Positions 17,847-27,833 of a DNA stretch of 64,000 bases are shown in pieces; the stretch's first letter is position 1, and each line of letters opens with the position of its first letter. The stretch comes from an uncultured Haloferula sp. GTDB taxonomy: Bacteria > Verrucomicrobiota > Verrucomicrobiia > Verrucomicrobiales > Akkermansiaceae. The notes beneath the pieces were generated by a model. That model was not told the DNA's origin and did not search any database. It was given only the letters and a program-made list of their open reading frames with translations. The translations under genes were made by a program, and so were the position numbers. The stretch spans positions 416,001 to 480,000 of the forward strand of contig CBFGTS010000001.1 of the NCBI GenBank assembly GCA_965652295.1, given 5' to 3'.

Positions 17847-19280
17847 TCAGCCGATGAGCTCGGGCCAGTCTTCGGTGTGGAAGAACTCGCCTTCGGGCTT
17901 GTCGAGGCGCTCGTAGGTGTGGGCGCCGAAGAAGTCGCGCTGGGCTTGCAGCAGGTTCGCGGGCAGGCGCTCGGCACGGTAGCTGTCGTAGTAGGCCAAT
18001 GAGCCGGAGAACGACGGCACCGGGATGCCGTTGACACAGGCGAGGGCGACGACCTTGCGCCAGTTTTGCTGCGACTGGTTGAGGACGTCGGTGAAGAATG
18101 GCGCGAGCATCAGGTTGCTCGGCTTTTCAGCCCCTTCGTAGGCCTCGGTGATGCGGTTGAGGAACTTCGCGCGGATGATGCAGCCGCCGCGCCAGATGCG
18201 GGCGATGGCTCCGAGGTCGAGATCCCAGCCCTTGTCCTCGCCGACCTTGGAAATGAGGTCGAGCCCTTGGGCGTAGGAGACGATCTTGGAGGCGTAGAGG
18301 GCGTCGCGGACCATGCTGACGAGCTCTTCCTTGCTGAGTTCGCCCAGGTCGAAGCCGGTGTTCGAGGGGCCTTGCAGGACCTTCGAGGCGGCGAGGCGCT
18401 GGGTGCGCATGGAGGAAAGGATGCGGGCCTCGACGGAGGAGGCGACGGTCGAAAGCGGCACGGCCTGCTCGACGGCACCCATGACGGTCCAGCGGCCGGT
18501 GCCCTTCTGGCCGGCCTTGTCGACGATGAGATCGACGATGTCCTTGCCGGTCTCCGGGTCCTTCTGCTTGAAGATATTGGCGGTGATTTCGATGAGGAAG
18601 GACTCAAGGTCGCCCGAGTTCCAGTCGGCGAAGATCCCGGCGAGTTCCTCGTTGGAGAAACCCGCGGCCTTGAAGATGTTGTAGGCTTCGCAGATGAGCT
18701 GCATGTCGCCGTACTCGATGCCGTTGTGGACCATCTTGACGAAGTGGCCGGCACCGCCGGGGCCGATGTGGGTCACGCAGGGCACACCGTCCACCTTGGC
18801 GGCGATGCTTTCGAAGATCGGCTTCATGACCTCCCAGGTGCTGGCGGGGCCGCCGGGCATGATGGAGGGGCCTTTGCGGGCACCTTCCTCACCGCCGGAA
18901 ACGCCCGCGCCGATGAAGCGGAGGTCGTGCTCCTTGCACCAGGCGTCGCGGCGCTCGGTGTCGGTGTAGAGCGAGTTGCCGCCGTCGATGATGATGTCGT
19001 CCTTGTCGAGGAGCGGGATGAGGCTCTCGATCACCGCATCGACCGGTCCACCGGCCTTGACCATGATCATGACCTTGCGCGGGGTGGCGAGGGATTGAAC
19101 GAATTCCTCAAGGGACTTCGTGCCGACGATTTTCTTGTCGGGGTGCTCCGCGACGAATGCCTCGGTGACCGAGGTGGTGCGGTTGTAAACGGAGACCTGG
19201 AAACCGCGGGATTCCACGTTCAGGACGAGATTCTGGCCCATGACGGCCAGGCCGATCAGGCCGAAGTCACTGTTGCTCAT
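17847..19280 (-). CDS. gnd: NADP-dependent 6-phosphogluconate dehydrogenase (decarboxylating)
   Basis: GLIGLAVMGQN, YNRT, IDGGNS, VSGGEEGA, KMVHNGIEYGDMQ, QAQRDFFGAHTY. Confidence 0.97.
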   Translation of the reverse strand: MSNSDFGLIGLAVMGQNLVLNVESRGFQVSVYNRTTSVTEAFVAEHPDKKIVGTKSLEEFVQSLATPRKVMIMVKAGGPVDAVIESLIPLLDKDDIIIDGGNSLYTDTERRDAWCKEHDLRFIGAGVSGGEEGARKGPSIMPGGPASTWEVMKPIFESIAAKVDGVPCVTHIGPGGAGHFVKMVHNGIEYGDMQLICEAYNIFKAAGFSNEELAGIFADWNSGDLESFLIEITANIFKQKDPETGKDIVDLIVDKAGQKGTGRWTVMGAVEQAVPLSTVASSVEARILSSMRTQRLAASKVLQGPSNTGFDLGELSKEELVSMVRDALYASKIVSYAQGLDLISKVGEDKGWDLDLGAIARIWRGGCIIRAKFLNRITEAYEGAEKPSNLMLAPFFTDVLNQSQQNWRKVVALACVNGIPVPSFSGSLAYYDSYRAERLPANLLQAQRDFFGAHTYERLDKPEGEFFHTEDWPELIG

Positions 19281-19381
19281 GATAAAAGAGGCTCGGTCGA
19301 GAGCGAGGCTCCTGTAAGGAAGGCGAAAGCTTCACGCAACCCCTAGTTGCCAGCCCGCCATCGATTCCACACACTCCTCAC

Positions 19382-19966
19382 GTGAATCTGCCTAATGCGA
19401 TCACCCTGTCCCGCCTCGTCCTGGCCGCGATCTTCGTCGCAGCCATGAGCTTTCCCGGCTTTGCGGGCTATGGGATCGCGCTGGTGTCGTTCTCGGTCGC
19501 CGCGGCGACGGACTGGCTCGATGGCTATCTGGCGCGGAAAATGGGGTTGGTGACCCCGCTCGGAAAGCTGCTCGACCCGCTGGCGGACAAGATCCTCGTC
19601 TGCGCGGCCTTCGTTTTCATGTCGAAGCTGGGCTTTGCCCCGGTGTGGGTGACCTGCGTGATCATCGGGCGTGAGTTCCTCGTCACCGGCCTGCGTCAGA
19701 TCGCAATTGAGGCGGGGCAGGTGCTGGCGGCGGACCGTTTGGGAAAATGGAAGACGACCTTCCAGCTGACCTTCGTGATCACAGCGCTGGTGTGGCTTTC
19801 GTTTTCGGAAATCGAGGACCGCGGGGTGCTGGCGGACCTGCTTTGGAAACTCGCGGACCCGGCCGGCTGGCTGATGCCCGTCGCGATGTGGGGCGCGCTG
19901 GCACTGACGGCGATCTCCGGTTGGAACTACATGTGGAGCAGCCGGAACCTGTTGAAGGCGGATTAG
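19382..19966 (+). CDS. pgsA: CDP-diacylglycerol--glycerol-3-phosphate 3-phosphatidyltransferase
   Basis: MNLPNAITLSR, TDWLDGYLARK, GKLLDPLADK, REFLVTGLR, GKWKT. Confidence 0.93.
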   Translation: MNLPNAITLSRLVLAAIFVAAMSFPGFAGYGIALVSFSVAAATDWLDGYLARKMGLVTPLGKLLDPLADKILVCAAFVFMSKLGFAPVWVTCVIIGREFLVTGLRQIAIEAGQVLAADRLGKWKTTFQLTFVITALVWLSFSEIEDRGVLADLLWKLADPAGWLMPVAMWGALALTAISGWNYMWSSRNLLKAD

Positions 19967-20016
19967 TTCACCCGTGGTCGCGGGGCCCCTGGCAGGCGGG
20001 GGGATCATGAGTCACG

Positions 20017-21147
20017 ATGAAAGTCCGGATCGAGAACGCGCATCTGATTTCGCCCGGATGGGAGATCCCGGACGGCGAACTGTGGATCGAGGACGGCCGG
20101 ATCGTCGCTGCTTCAACGGATCGGGCGGATGAAATCATCGACGCCGGAGGGCGGATCGTGGTGCCGGGGTTCATCGACATCCACAGCCACGGCGCGGATG
20201 GCCGCGACGTAGGCGATGACGACCTGGAAGCCATCCGCCACATCGCGCGGCGCAAGCTTCAGGAGGGCGTGACGACCTGGCTGCCGACGACGCTGACCCA
20301 GTCGCGCGAAAAGCTGCGGAGCATCGCGGCAAAAGTGGCAGCCTACGCGGCGAGTCCGGATTTCACCCGTTGCCCGGGCCTCCACGTCGAGGGTCCGTTC
20401 ATTTCCCGTGAAATGGCCGGGGCGCAGAATCCGGAGTTCGTGCGCCTTCCAGATGTGGAGGAGCTGCGCGAGCTGCTGGAAACCTGCCCGGTAAGCGTGC
20501 TCTCGTTGGCTCCGGAGCTGCCGGGAGCGCTGGAAATGATCCGCTGGGCGAGCGAGCGGGGAATCGTCTGTTCGGCCGCGCATACCCGGGCCGGCTTCGC
20601 CGACATCGAGGCGGCGCGGCAGGCGGGGTTGCGGCATTTGACCCATTTCGCGAATGCGATGACGCCGCTGCACCACCGCGAGATCGGGGTGGTCGGGGCC
20701 GGCTTGCTCAACGAGGGGCTGATGCTCGAATTCATTCCCGACGGTGTCCACCTGAGCCCGGAGATGCTGCGGTTGCTCGTCAAGGTGGTGCCGATCGAGC
20801 GGCTGATGATGATCACCGATTCGATGGCGGGTTCGTGGATCGGCGAGGGCGAGGTGAAGCTCGGCGGTCTCGACGTGGTGGTGAAAGACGGCACCGCGCG
20901 CCTCAAGGAAGGCGGGGCGCTGGCCGGGTCCGTGCTGCGTTTCAACGAGGGCCTGCGGATCCTGGCGACGACGACTGGATTGCCGCTTTCTCGGCTGGTC
21001 GCGGCGACGTCCTGGAATCAGGCGCGATCGCTCGGCTTGGCTGACTTTGGGAAACTGGAGTCCGGTTTCCATGCCGACCTGGTAATTCTGAACGACGACT
21101 TGTCCGTGTGGAGGACCTTGGTGGGAGGAAAGGTGGCGGTGGAATGA
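20017..21147 (+). CDS. nagA: N-acetylglucosamine-6-phosphate deacetylase
   Basis: PGFIDIHSHG, HVEGPF, THFANAM, DGVH, ITDS, LAGS. Confidence 0.93.
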   Translation: MKVRIENAHLISPGWEIPDGELWIEDGRIVAASTDRADEIIDAGGRIVVPGFIDIHSHGADGRDVGDDDLEAIRHIARRKLQEGVTTWLPTTLTQSREKLRSIAAKVAAYAASPDFTRCPGLHVEGPFISREMAGAQNPEFVRLPDVEELRELLETCPVSVLSLAPELPGALEMIRWASERGIVCSAAHTRAGFADIEAARQAGLRHLTHFANAMTPLHHREIGVVGAGLLNEGLMLEFIPDGVHLSPEMLRLLVKVVPIERLMMITDSMAGSWIGEGEVKLGGLDVVVKDGTARLKEGGALAGSVLRFNEGLRILATTTGLPLSRLVAATSWNQARSLGLADFGKLESGFHADLVILNDDLSVWRTLVGGKVAVE

Positions 21148-21178
21148 CGGCGGCCTGGCGGATGGAATCCGCCGCCAC
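21133..21178. repeat. GTGG-type REP-like palindrome (possible degenerate doublet) at the nagA 3' end
   Basis: 21157-21178 reads on the minus strand GTGG-C-GGCGGA-TTCCA-TCCGCC; a degenerate inverted copy GTGGCGGTGGAAT starts at 21133. Confidence 0.45.
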
Positions 21179-21222
21179 GGAGACTTGCACGCGGGCGCTT
21201 CGCCGCCACACTCCGCCGCGAA

Positions 21223-22722
21223 GTGAATCCCATCCCGATCGAACCGTCGTTCGAGGAGTTCGCGGAGTTGGCCAGGCAGGGCAATGTCGTTCCTGTCTAC
21301 ACCCAGCTCGCCGCGGATTTCGAAACGCCGCTGTCCGCGTACCTCAAGGTGCGCGATGGACGGCATTCGTTCCTCCTGGAGAGTGCCGAGAGCACCGACA
21401 AGAGCGGACGATGGTCGATCCTTGGCAGCGGCCCGCGCCGGGTGATCGAGGCGCGTGGCAAGGAAATCACCATCCGCGAAGGCGAGCACACGACCACCGA
21501 GACCGTGGCCGATGACGTGCTCGCCGCACTGGAACGCCACATGGCACCTTACCAGCCGGTGCTTCACGGCAGCCTGCCGCCCTTTTGCGGAGGGCTCGTC
21601 GGTTACCTCGCCTACGATGCCGTGCGTCAGTTCGAGCCGACCGTTTGCCATCCGCCGCCCGACGCTCTGGGCATCCCGGATGCGGTTTTCGTGCTGGCGG
21701 ACACGCTGATCGTCTTCGACCAGAAGCTCCACCGCGTGCTGGTCATCGCCAACGCGCTGCTCGATGAGCACGACGATCCCGAGGCCGCCTATGTGGCCGC
21801 GCGGGAAAAGATCGCCGCGATGGTGGAAATGCTCGCCCGCCCGCTCCACGTGCCGGCGCTGAACGGTCTCGCCGAGGCCCCGCCGATCGAGGCGGAAAGC
21901 AACACGACGCAGGCTGAATACGAGGACATGGTCCGCCGCGGAAAAGAATACGTGGCCGCCGGGGACGTGTTCCAGTTCGTGCCCAGCCAGCGTTTCAAGA
22001 CACCCTTCGGCCGCTCGCCGGTGGATCTCTACCGCGCGCTGCGCCACGTGAACCCCTCGCCCTACATGTTCGTGCTGGAGCTGGAAGGCTTCGCGCTCGT
22101 CGGCAGCTCGCCTGAGGTCCACGTGCGCTCCGTGGCGGGTCGCATCGATATCCGCCCGATCGCCGGCACCCGCTGGAGGGGCAAGACGCAGGAGGAGGAC
22201 GACGCGCTCGCCGCCGAGCTGTTGGCCGATCCCAAGGAACGCGCCGAGCACCTGATGCTCGTCGATCTCGCCCGCAATGACGTTGGCCGCATCGCCAAAC
22301 ACGGTAGCGTGAAGGTCGATGATTTCATGATCATCGAGCGCTACAGTCACGTCATGCACATCGTCTCGAACGTCACCGGCACGCTCTCTCCCGAGCACAG
22401 CGCGTATGACGTGCTGCGTGCGACCTTTCCCGCCGGCACCGTTTCCGGCGCGCCGAAAATCCGGGCCATGCAGATCCTCGACGAGCTGGAGAAAAACAAG
22501 CGCTGCGCTTACGCCGGCGCGGTCGGCTGGTTCGGCTTCGATGGCTCGCACGATTCCTGCATCACCCTGCGCACCTGCCTTCTCAAGGACGGCCAGGCCT
22601 ACGTGCAGGCGGGTGCCGGGGTCGTCGCGGACTCGGACCCCACCTACGAATACAACGAAACCGTCAACAAGGCGAAGGGCATGCTCCGCGCCATCGCCCT
22701 GGCCCGAACCCTCCAACCCTGA
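21223..22722 (+). CDS. trpE: Anthranilate synthase component I
   Basis: FLLESAE, GYLAYD, NPSPYM, GSSPE, PIAGTR, EHLMLVDLARND, FPAGTVSGAPK, QAGAGVV. Confidence 0.95.
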   Translation: MNPIPIEPSFEEFAELARQGNVVPVYTQLAADFETPLSAYLKVRDGRHSFLLESAESTDKSGRWSILGSGPRRVIEARGKEITIREGEHTTTETVADDVLAALERHMAPYQPVLHGSLPPFCGGLVGYLAYDAVRQFEPTVCHPPPDALGIPDAVFVLADTLIVFDQKLHRVLVIANALLDEHDDPEAAYVAAREKIAAMVEMLARPLHVPALNGLAEAPPIEAESNTTQAEYEDMVRRGKEYVAAGDVFQFVPSQRFKTPFGRSPVDLYRALRHVNPSPYMFVLELEGFALVGSSPEVHVRSVAGRIDIRPIAGTRWRGKTQEEDDALAAELLADPKERAEHLMLVDLARNDVGRIAKHGSVKVDDFMIIERYSHVMHIVSNVTGTLSPEHSAYDVLRATFPAGTVSGAPKIRAMQILDELEKNKRCAYAGAVGWFGFDGSHDSCITLRTCLLKDGQAYVQAGAGVVADSDPTYEYNETVNKAKGMLRAIALARTLQP

Positions 22723-22728
22723 CGGACC

Positions 22729-23292
22729 ATGCTGCTCGTCATCGATAACTACGACTCCTTCACCTACAACCTCGTCCAGTATTTCGGCGAGCTGGGGGTG
22801 GAGATGAAAATCATCCGCAACGACGATGCCACCGTGGAGGAAATCCGCGCGATGAAGCCCACGCGGATCTGCGTTTCCCCCGGCCCCTGCACGCCGAACG
22901 AAGCGGGGGTTTCACTCGATGTCATCCGCGAGTTCGGCAAGGAAATGCCGGTGCTTGGCGTGTGTCTCGGGCATCAATCGATCGGCCAGGTCTACGGTGG
23001 CGAGGTCGTCCGCGCCGACCGCCTGATGCATGGAAAAACCTCACCGATCCTGCACGCCGGCCATAGCGTCTTCGCCGGGCTGCCGAATCCGTTCGAGGCG
23101 ACGCGTTACCACTCGCTCATCGTGAAACGCGACACGCTCCCGGATTGCCTGGAGATCACCGCGTGGACCGCCGAGGGCGAAATCATGGGCCTGCAGCACA
23201 AGGAGTTGCCCGTCCACGGCGTGCAGTTCCACCCCGAATCGATCCTCACCGAGCACGGCAAGACGATGCTGAAGACCTTCCTTGAATTCTGA
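22729..23292 (+). CDS. trpG: Anthranilate synthase / aminodeoxychorismate synthase component II (glutamine amidotransferase)
   Basis: [34 protein letters not shown]; adjacent to trpE. Confidence 0.93.
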   Translation: MLLVIDNYDSFTYNLVQYFGELGVEMKIIRNDDATVEEIRAMKPTRICVSPGPCTPNEAGVSLDVIREFGKEMPVLGVCLGHQSIGQVYGGEVVRADRLMHGKTSPILHAGHSVFAGLPNPFEATRYHSLIVKRDTLPDCLEITAWTAEGEIMGLQHKELPVHGVQFHPESILTEHGKTMLKTFLEF

Positions 23293-23324
23293 GGCAGGAC
23301 GGGCGTTCCGTCCAACCCCCTCCC

Positions 23325-23828
23325 TCACTCCACGACCGTTACGGCGAGGTCTTCGCCGAGGTTTTCGATCGATTCCGTCAATGCTCCCGGGGCCACGCCG
23401 GCGGGGAGCGAGACGGTGACCATGGCGTGGAAAAGCGGGTGACCTGCCATCGGCGCGCTTTCCAACTGGGTTTGCAGGTCTTCGAGATTCGCACCGACCT
23501 CCGCGACCGCCGCGGAAAGCTGCCTCACGATGCCGGGCCGGTCATTGCCGACCACATCCAGATGCACCAAGTCACGATGGGTGTCCTCGGGAGCGGTTTC
23601 GCGGCTGGTATGGATCGACAACCCTTCCAGGGCCTCAAGAGCGGCGACGAGGTCATCGACTTTTTCGGGAGCGCATTCAACCCGCAGGATACCGGCGAAC
23701 TGCCCCGCCAGCCGGGCCATCCGGCTTTCCAGCCAGTTCCCTCCGTAGTCCGCCACGGTTTCGGAAATCGATTTCACGATGCCGGTGCGGTCGGCCGCGA
23801 GGACCGTCATGACGACGCAGGTTTTCAT
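23325..23828 (-). CDS. GcvR-like double ACT-domain protein
   Basis: DRTGIV...GNWLESRMARLAGQFAG and GNDRPGIV ACT repeats. Confidence 0.88.
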   Translation of the reverse strand: MKTCVVMTVLAADRTGIVKSISETVADYGGNWLESRMARLAGQFAGILRVECAPEKVDDLVAALEALEGLSIHTSRETAPEDTHRDLVHLDVVGNDRPGIVRQLSAAVAEVGANLEDLQTQLESAPMAGHPLFHAMVTVSLPAGVAPGALTESIENLGEDLAVTVVE

Positions 23829-23966
23829 GCCCTCTTATCAACCACACGAGTGTCGGGGATGCGACCCGATTTTGCGCCTGAGCTAGGTTTACATTTAAGA
23901 GAAATTGATAATTGACCTCCTCGGGGTAATGAGTGGATACTGCCGCCAATCGTTTTGAATTTGACC

Positions 23967-24509
23967 ATGATTCTGCCTGATACGCTTGCCCCTCTCCCGG
24001 TGGCGGAGGACGCCGTGAAAGCCGGAGAGACCGAGGACTTCGTTTCGGAATCGGCGATCCGGCAGTTGCTGGTGGGCCCGATGGCCGTTGTCGCGTCGGG
24101 GATGAGAGGAGACGTGGTGGACTTCGCCGGTCGGCCCGATCTCGGAGAGGAGATGCTTTTTTCCATCCCCCGCGAGGCACGCGCGGAGGCCAAGCCCATG
24201 GCTCGCCGCCCGCATCCTGCCTTCGTTCCGGGCGAGCGCCGGGCCGCGCCTCCCGTGCCGCGCAGCCGCGCCGGCAGTGACGCCCGGCCAACGTCGATGA
24301 AGGGGATCGCCGTCGTGATCGGCACCGGCCTTGCGGCATCCATTCTGATGACCTGGGGATGGTTCCTCGCTTTTCCCGAACGGGAGCATGGGGCATTCAC
24401 GATTCCTGCGGTGCGAACGGAGAAGGCGGCGGAGCCCGGGCTCCTCCCCGGCGAAGAGGCGGCAGGCCCCTTGTTGGTCAGACGCCAGTGGGACATTGGC
24501 GCGCCCTGA
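23967..24509 (+). CDS. Hypothetical protein with one C-proximal TM segment
   Basis: ORF filling the gap before purU; hydrophobic IAVVIGTGLAASILMTWGWFLAF; start uncertain. Confidence 0.5.
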   Translation: MILPDTLAPLPVAEDAVKAGETEDFVSESAIRQLLVGPMAVVASGMRGDVVDFAGRPDLGEEMLFSIPREARAEAKPMARRPHPAFVPGERRAAPPVPRSRAGSDARPTSMKGIAVVIGTGLAASILMTWGWFLAFPEREHGAFTIPAVRTEKAAEPGLLPGEEAAGPLLVRRQWDIGAP

Positions 24510-24549
24510 GCTTGTCTTCGGTGGCGCGGAACGCTTCCGTCCGGGCAGC

Positions 24550-25410
24550 ATGACGCGTCCTGGCCTGATTCTCAAACTCCGCTGCCCCGACCAGCCCGGT
24601 ATCGTGGCCAAGATCTCGGGCTACGTCGCGGGCTATTCGGCGAACCTGATCGAGTTCGCGCAGTTCACCGACAAGCAGAGCGGAAAGTTCTTCTCCCGCC
24701 TGGAGATCGAAACGAGCGGCCTGGAGGTGGAGGTCGATGATTTCATCGAAGGCTTCGGCACCCTCGGCCGCGCCCTGAGGGCGGAGTGGCACTTCCGGCG
24801 GCTGCCCTACAAGATGCGCACCGCGGTGCTGGTCACCCGGACCGACCATTGCCTGAACGAGGTTCTCTGGCGCACGCGTCTCGGCGAGCTGCCAGTCGAG
24901 ATCACCTCGGTCATCGGCAACCGCGACGACTGCCGGCAAATCGCCGAGCAGGCCGGGCTGCCGTTTCATCTGGTGGAGATGGAGGGCGGGGAAAAAGCCT
25001 CCGGCTTCGCCCGGATCCGCTCGATTCTGGAGGAGGAGTCCGTCGAGCTGGTCGTACTCGCCCGTTTCATGCAGATCCTGCCGGACGACTTCTGCCGGGC
25101 GTACGAGGGGCGGATCATCAACATCCATCACAGTTTCCTACCCGCGTTCATCGGAGCGAATCCCTATCGCCAGGCCTACGAGAGGGGGGTGAAATTGATC
25201 GGTGCCACCTGTCACTACGTCACCGCCGATCTCGATGCCGGACCGATCATCGAGCAGCAGGTCGAGCGGGTTCAGCACTTCCACACCCCTCAGGATCTGG
25301 CGCGGCTCGGACGCGATTGCGAGCGGGCGGCCTTGGCGCGAGGCATCCGCTACCACGTCCACGACCGGACGATCATCGACGGTCACCGGGCGATCGTTTT
25401 TCCCGATTGA
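24550..25410 (+). CDS. purU: Formyltetrahydrofolate deformylase
   Basis: N-terminal ACT domain (CPDQPGIVA), VLARFMQIL, INIHHSFLPAF, GVKLIGATCHYVT..LDAGPIIEQ. Confidence 0.95.
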   Translation: MTRPGLILKLRCPDQPGIVAKISGYVAGYSANLIEFAQFTDKQSGKFFSRLEIETSGLEVEVDDFIEGFGTLGRALRAEWHFRRLPYKMRTAVLVTRTDHCLNEVLWRTRLGELPVEITSVIGNRDDCRQIAEQAGLPFHLVEMEGGEKASGFARIRSILEEESVELVVLARFMQILPDDFCRAYEGRIINIHHSFLPAFIGANPYRQAYERGVKLIGATCHYVTADLDAGPIIEQQVERVQHFHTPQDLARLGRDCERAALARGIRYHVHDRTIIDGHRAIVFPD

Positions 25411-25481
25411 GGACGGATCGAATCGAGGGCTTTACAAGACGGCGGGTGCTGCTAAAAACCGCGCCCCGTCAAACGGGTCAC

Positions 25482-25573
25482 GGAGAGATGGCTGAGCTTG
25501 GTTTAAGGCACACGACTCGAAATCGTGCGTAGGGTTAAACCTACCGTGGGTTCGAATCCCACTCTCTCCGCCA
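25482..25573 (+). tRNA. tRNA-Ser (anticodon CGA)
   Basis: GGAGAGA/TCTCTCC acceptor stem, CACGA-CT-CGA-AA-TCGTG anticodon arm, long variable arm, GGTTCGAATCC T-loop, encoded CCA. Confidence 0.96.
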
Positions 25574-25706
25574 CCGCCCCTGCCCGGCTTGCCCGGGCAG
25601 GGGCGGTGGCGTTTTGAGGTGGGTGGAGAACGCTGCCGAGCGCAGCGAACGAAACAGGTTTGGGGTGAGGAGCGCAGCGACGAGGACAATCCCACTCCCT
25701 CCGCGA
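25574..25706 (+). repeat. tRNA-linked structured repeat ending in a degenerate copy of the tRNA 3' end
   Basis: Long hairpin, then a 38-nt core shared with the second tRNA-Ser locus (33/38 identical), then AATCCCACTCCCTCCGCGA resembling the tRNA end AATCCCACTCTCTCCGCCA. Confidence 0.75.
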
Positions 25707-25770
25707 CGGCCGCTTACTTCCTCATCCGGTTTGGCAGAGCGATTCCGTTCCCGTAGGCTTTGACGGCAGA

Positions 25771-27156
25771 GTGATGAATTTTCGCAGATCGCATCGGCCG
25801 GGGTGGATGGTCTTCGTGGCGTTGGTGGGCTTGCTGTTGCAAGCACCGGCCGATCCGGAGGTCGAGCCCGGGGTATTCCGAGAGCCCGAAGTGGGCGGGT
25901 GGATTTGGACGGATGAGACCGCGGACCGCCAGGAATGCCGGCTGGTGAGGGCCTTCGAGATCCCCGATGGGGCGAAGGTGGACTCCGCTTTGATGCGGGT
26001 GACGGCGGACAACTATTACGAGATCTTCCTTGATGGTCAGCTGATCGGCCGGGGCGGAGACTGGAGGGTGCTGACGGAGTACAACGTCAAGAGCCTGCTG
26101 GATCCAGGCAGGCACGGGCTGGCGGTGCGGGTCCTGAACGACTTCGACTATGCGGGGCTCGTTTTCGGCTTCCGCATTGTGCTGGGCGACGGCCGGGTGA
26201 TCGAGATCGTCTCCGACGAGTCCTGGAAGATCGCCCCGAGCGAGGGCGACGCGTGGAAGAAGCCGAGCCGGGAGTGGGAAAAGTGGCCGGAGGCGACGAT
26301 CGTGCGGCCCTTCCGTCCGGTCCACCCGCCGCTGGTGTATCAGGCCATGCCGTCGGAACCGGTGGTGCTGTCGATCTGGGAAAGACGCTGGTTCCAGGTG
26401 ACGGTGCTGGTGATCGTCGGGGCGAGCCTGGCGGCAGGGGTGGTTCTCGGGAGCAGGCTCTTCCTGCAGTCGCAGATGGAGACGCTCGTGAGGCGGGAAC
26501 GGTCGCGCATCGCGATCGACCTGCATGACGACCTCGGCGGCGGGCTCACCCAGCTGGTGCTGCTCGGCGAGTCGTCGCGGCGGGATCTGCCGGAGGATTC
26601 ATCGACGGGTCAGGCGCTGGCTCGCTTGTGCGACCAGTCACGCGGATTGGTGCGGCGCATGAACGAGACGGTTTGGTTGATCAATTCGGAGCGGGACAAC
26701 CTCCGCGACTTTGCGTCGTACGTGGTGAAGTACGCCGAGAGTTTCTTTCAAACGTCGCCGGTGCGGAGTCGTTTCGACATCGAGGGAGATCTGCCGCCCC
26801 TGCCGTTCGACCTGGGGATTCGCCGCAATCTGTTCCTCGCCGTCAAGGAAGCCTGCAACAACATCGTCCGCCACTCCGGAGCGTCCAGGGCCACGATTTC
26901 CGTCCACCGCCAACGCCAGGAGCTGGTGATCTCCGTCCGCGACAATGGCCGCGGATTCGATCCCCAAGCGAAAGTGACGGGGAACGGTTTACGGAACATG
27001 CGTCAGCGGGTGACGGAGGTCGGCGGACGGTTCAAGCTGAGCCAGCGGCCGGAGGGAGGCACGCTGGTGGAGTTCCGGATTCCGCTCCAAGCTCAGGCGC
27101 GGTTGAGGCTCGCCCGGATTTTGCCTTGGAGAAAACGGGGCACCTCCGCTGAATGA
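25771..27156 (+). CDS. Sensor histidine kinase (HisKA_3 type) with extracellular beta-sandwich sensor
   Basis: ERSRIAIDLHDDLG H-box, EACNNIVRHS, DNGRGF, GNGLRNM; N-terminal TADNYYEIFLDG resembles the rhamnosidase N-terminal domain; start may be 25807. Confidence 0.9.
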   Translation: MMNFRRSHRPGWMVFVALVGLLLQAPADPEVEPGVFREPEVGGWIWTDETADRQECRLVRAFEIPDGAKVDSALMRVTADNYYEIFLDGQLIGRGGDWRVLTEYNVKSLLDPGRHGLAVRVLNDFDYAGLVFGFRIVLGDGRVIEIVSDESWKIAPSEGDAWKKPSREWEKWPEATIVRPFRPVHPPLVYQAMPSEPVVLSIWERRWFQVTVLVIVGASLAAGVVLGSRLFLQSQMETLVRRERSRIAIDLHDDLGGGLTQLVLLGESSRRDLPEDSSTGQALARLCDQSRGLVRRMNETVWLINSERDNLRDFASYVVKYAESFFQTSPVRSRFDIEGDLPPLPFDLGIRRNLFLAVKEACNNIVRHSGASRATISVHRQRQELVISVRDNGRGFDPQAKVTGNGLRNMRQRVTEVGGRFKLSQRPEGGTLVEFRIPLQAQARLRLARILPWRKRGTSAE

Positions 27157-27833
27157 GTGCACCGATGTCCAAGCCAGCCACCGCCGCCATTCATCGTGTG
27201 GCTCTCGTCGAGGACCGGCGGGACGTCCGTGAGCAGTGGGCGGAACTGATCGATTCCTTCCCCGGCTTCTGTTGTATCCGGGCCTGTGCTTCGGGTGAGG
27301 CGGCGTTGGAAAGTCTTCCGGCCCTCCAGCCGGAGATCATCCTGATGGATATCTTCCTGCCCGGGATGTCGGGCATCGAGTGCACCGTACGCCTGAAGGA
27401 GGCGTGGCCTCAAGGCCGGGTGCTGATTCTGACGGCTTCGGACGACGAAGAAATGGTGTTTCCCGCTCTGGAGGCGGGAGCCGATGGTTACCTCCTCAAG
27501 CATTCCACGCCCGACGAGCTGCATGGAGCCTTGCTCGACGTTCTTCAGGGCGGGGTGCCGATGACCAGCGGCATTGCGCGGCGCGTGGCGGAGTATTTCC
27601 GGAAGCGGGGAGATGCCCGGGGGAGGGTCGAGCGACTCAGTCCGCGGGAAACGGAGGTGCTTGAGCTGCTGGCCAAGGGCTACATCAACAAGGAGATCGC
27701 GGACAAACTCGCACTGAGCGTCGAAACGATCCGCAGCTACCTGAAGAACATCTACGAGAAGATGCACGTCCACTCCCGATCCGAGGCGGTGGCGAAGTAC
27801 ATCACGGGCTCGGGCCGATCTACCCTCACTTGA
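27153..27833 (+). CDS. NarL/LuxR-family response regulator
   Basis: LVED, LMDIFLPGMSG, GYLLK receiver domain; LSPRETEVLELLAKG..NKEIA HTH. Confidence 0.93.
   Translation: MSAPMSKPATAAIHRVALVEDRRDVREQWAELIDSFPGFCCIRACASGEAALESLPALQPEIILMDIFLPGMSGIECTVRLKEAWPQGRVLILTASDDEEMVFPALEAGADGYLLKHSTPDELHGALLDVLQGGVPMTSGIARRVAEYFRKRGDARGRVERLSPRETEVLELLAKGYINKEIADKLALSVETIRSYLKNIYEKMHVHSRSEAVAKYITGSGRSTLT

Noticed and set aside
21148..21222. trp attenuator upstream of trpE
   Set aside because: No Trp-rich leader peptide or T-tailed terminator; the hairpin fits a REP-like repeat better.
20113..22716. 867-aa minus-strand ORF
   Set aside because: Antisense shadow of nagA and trpE.
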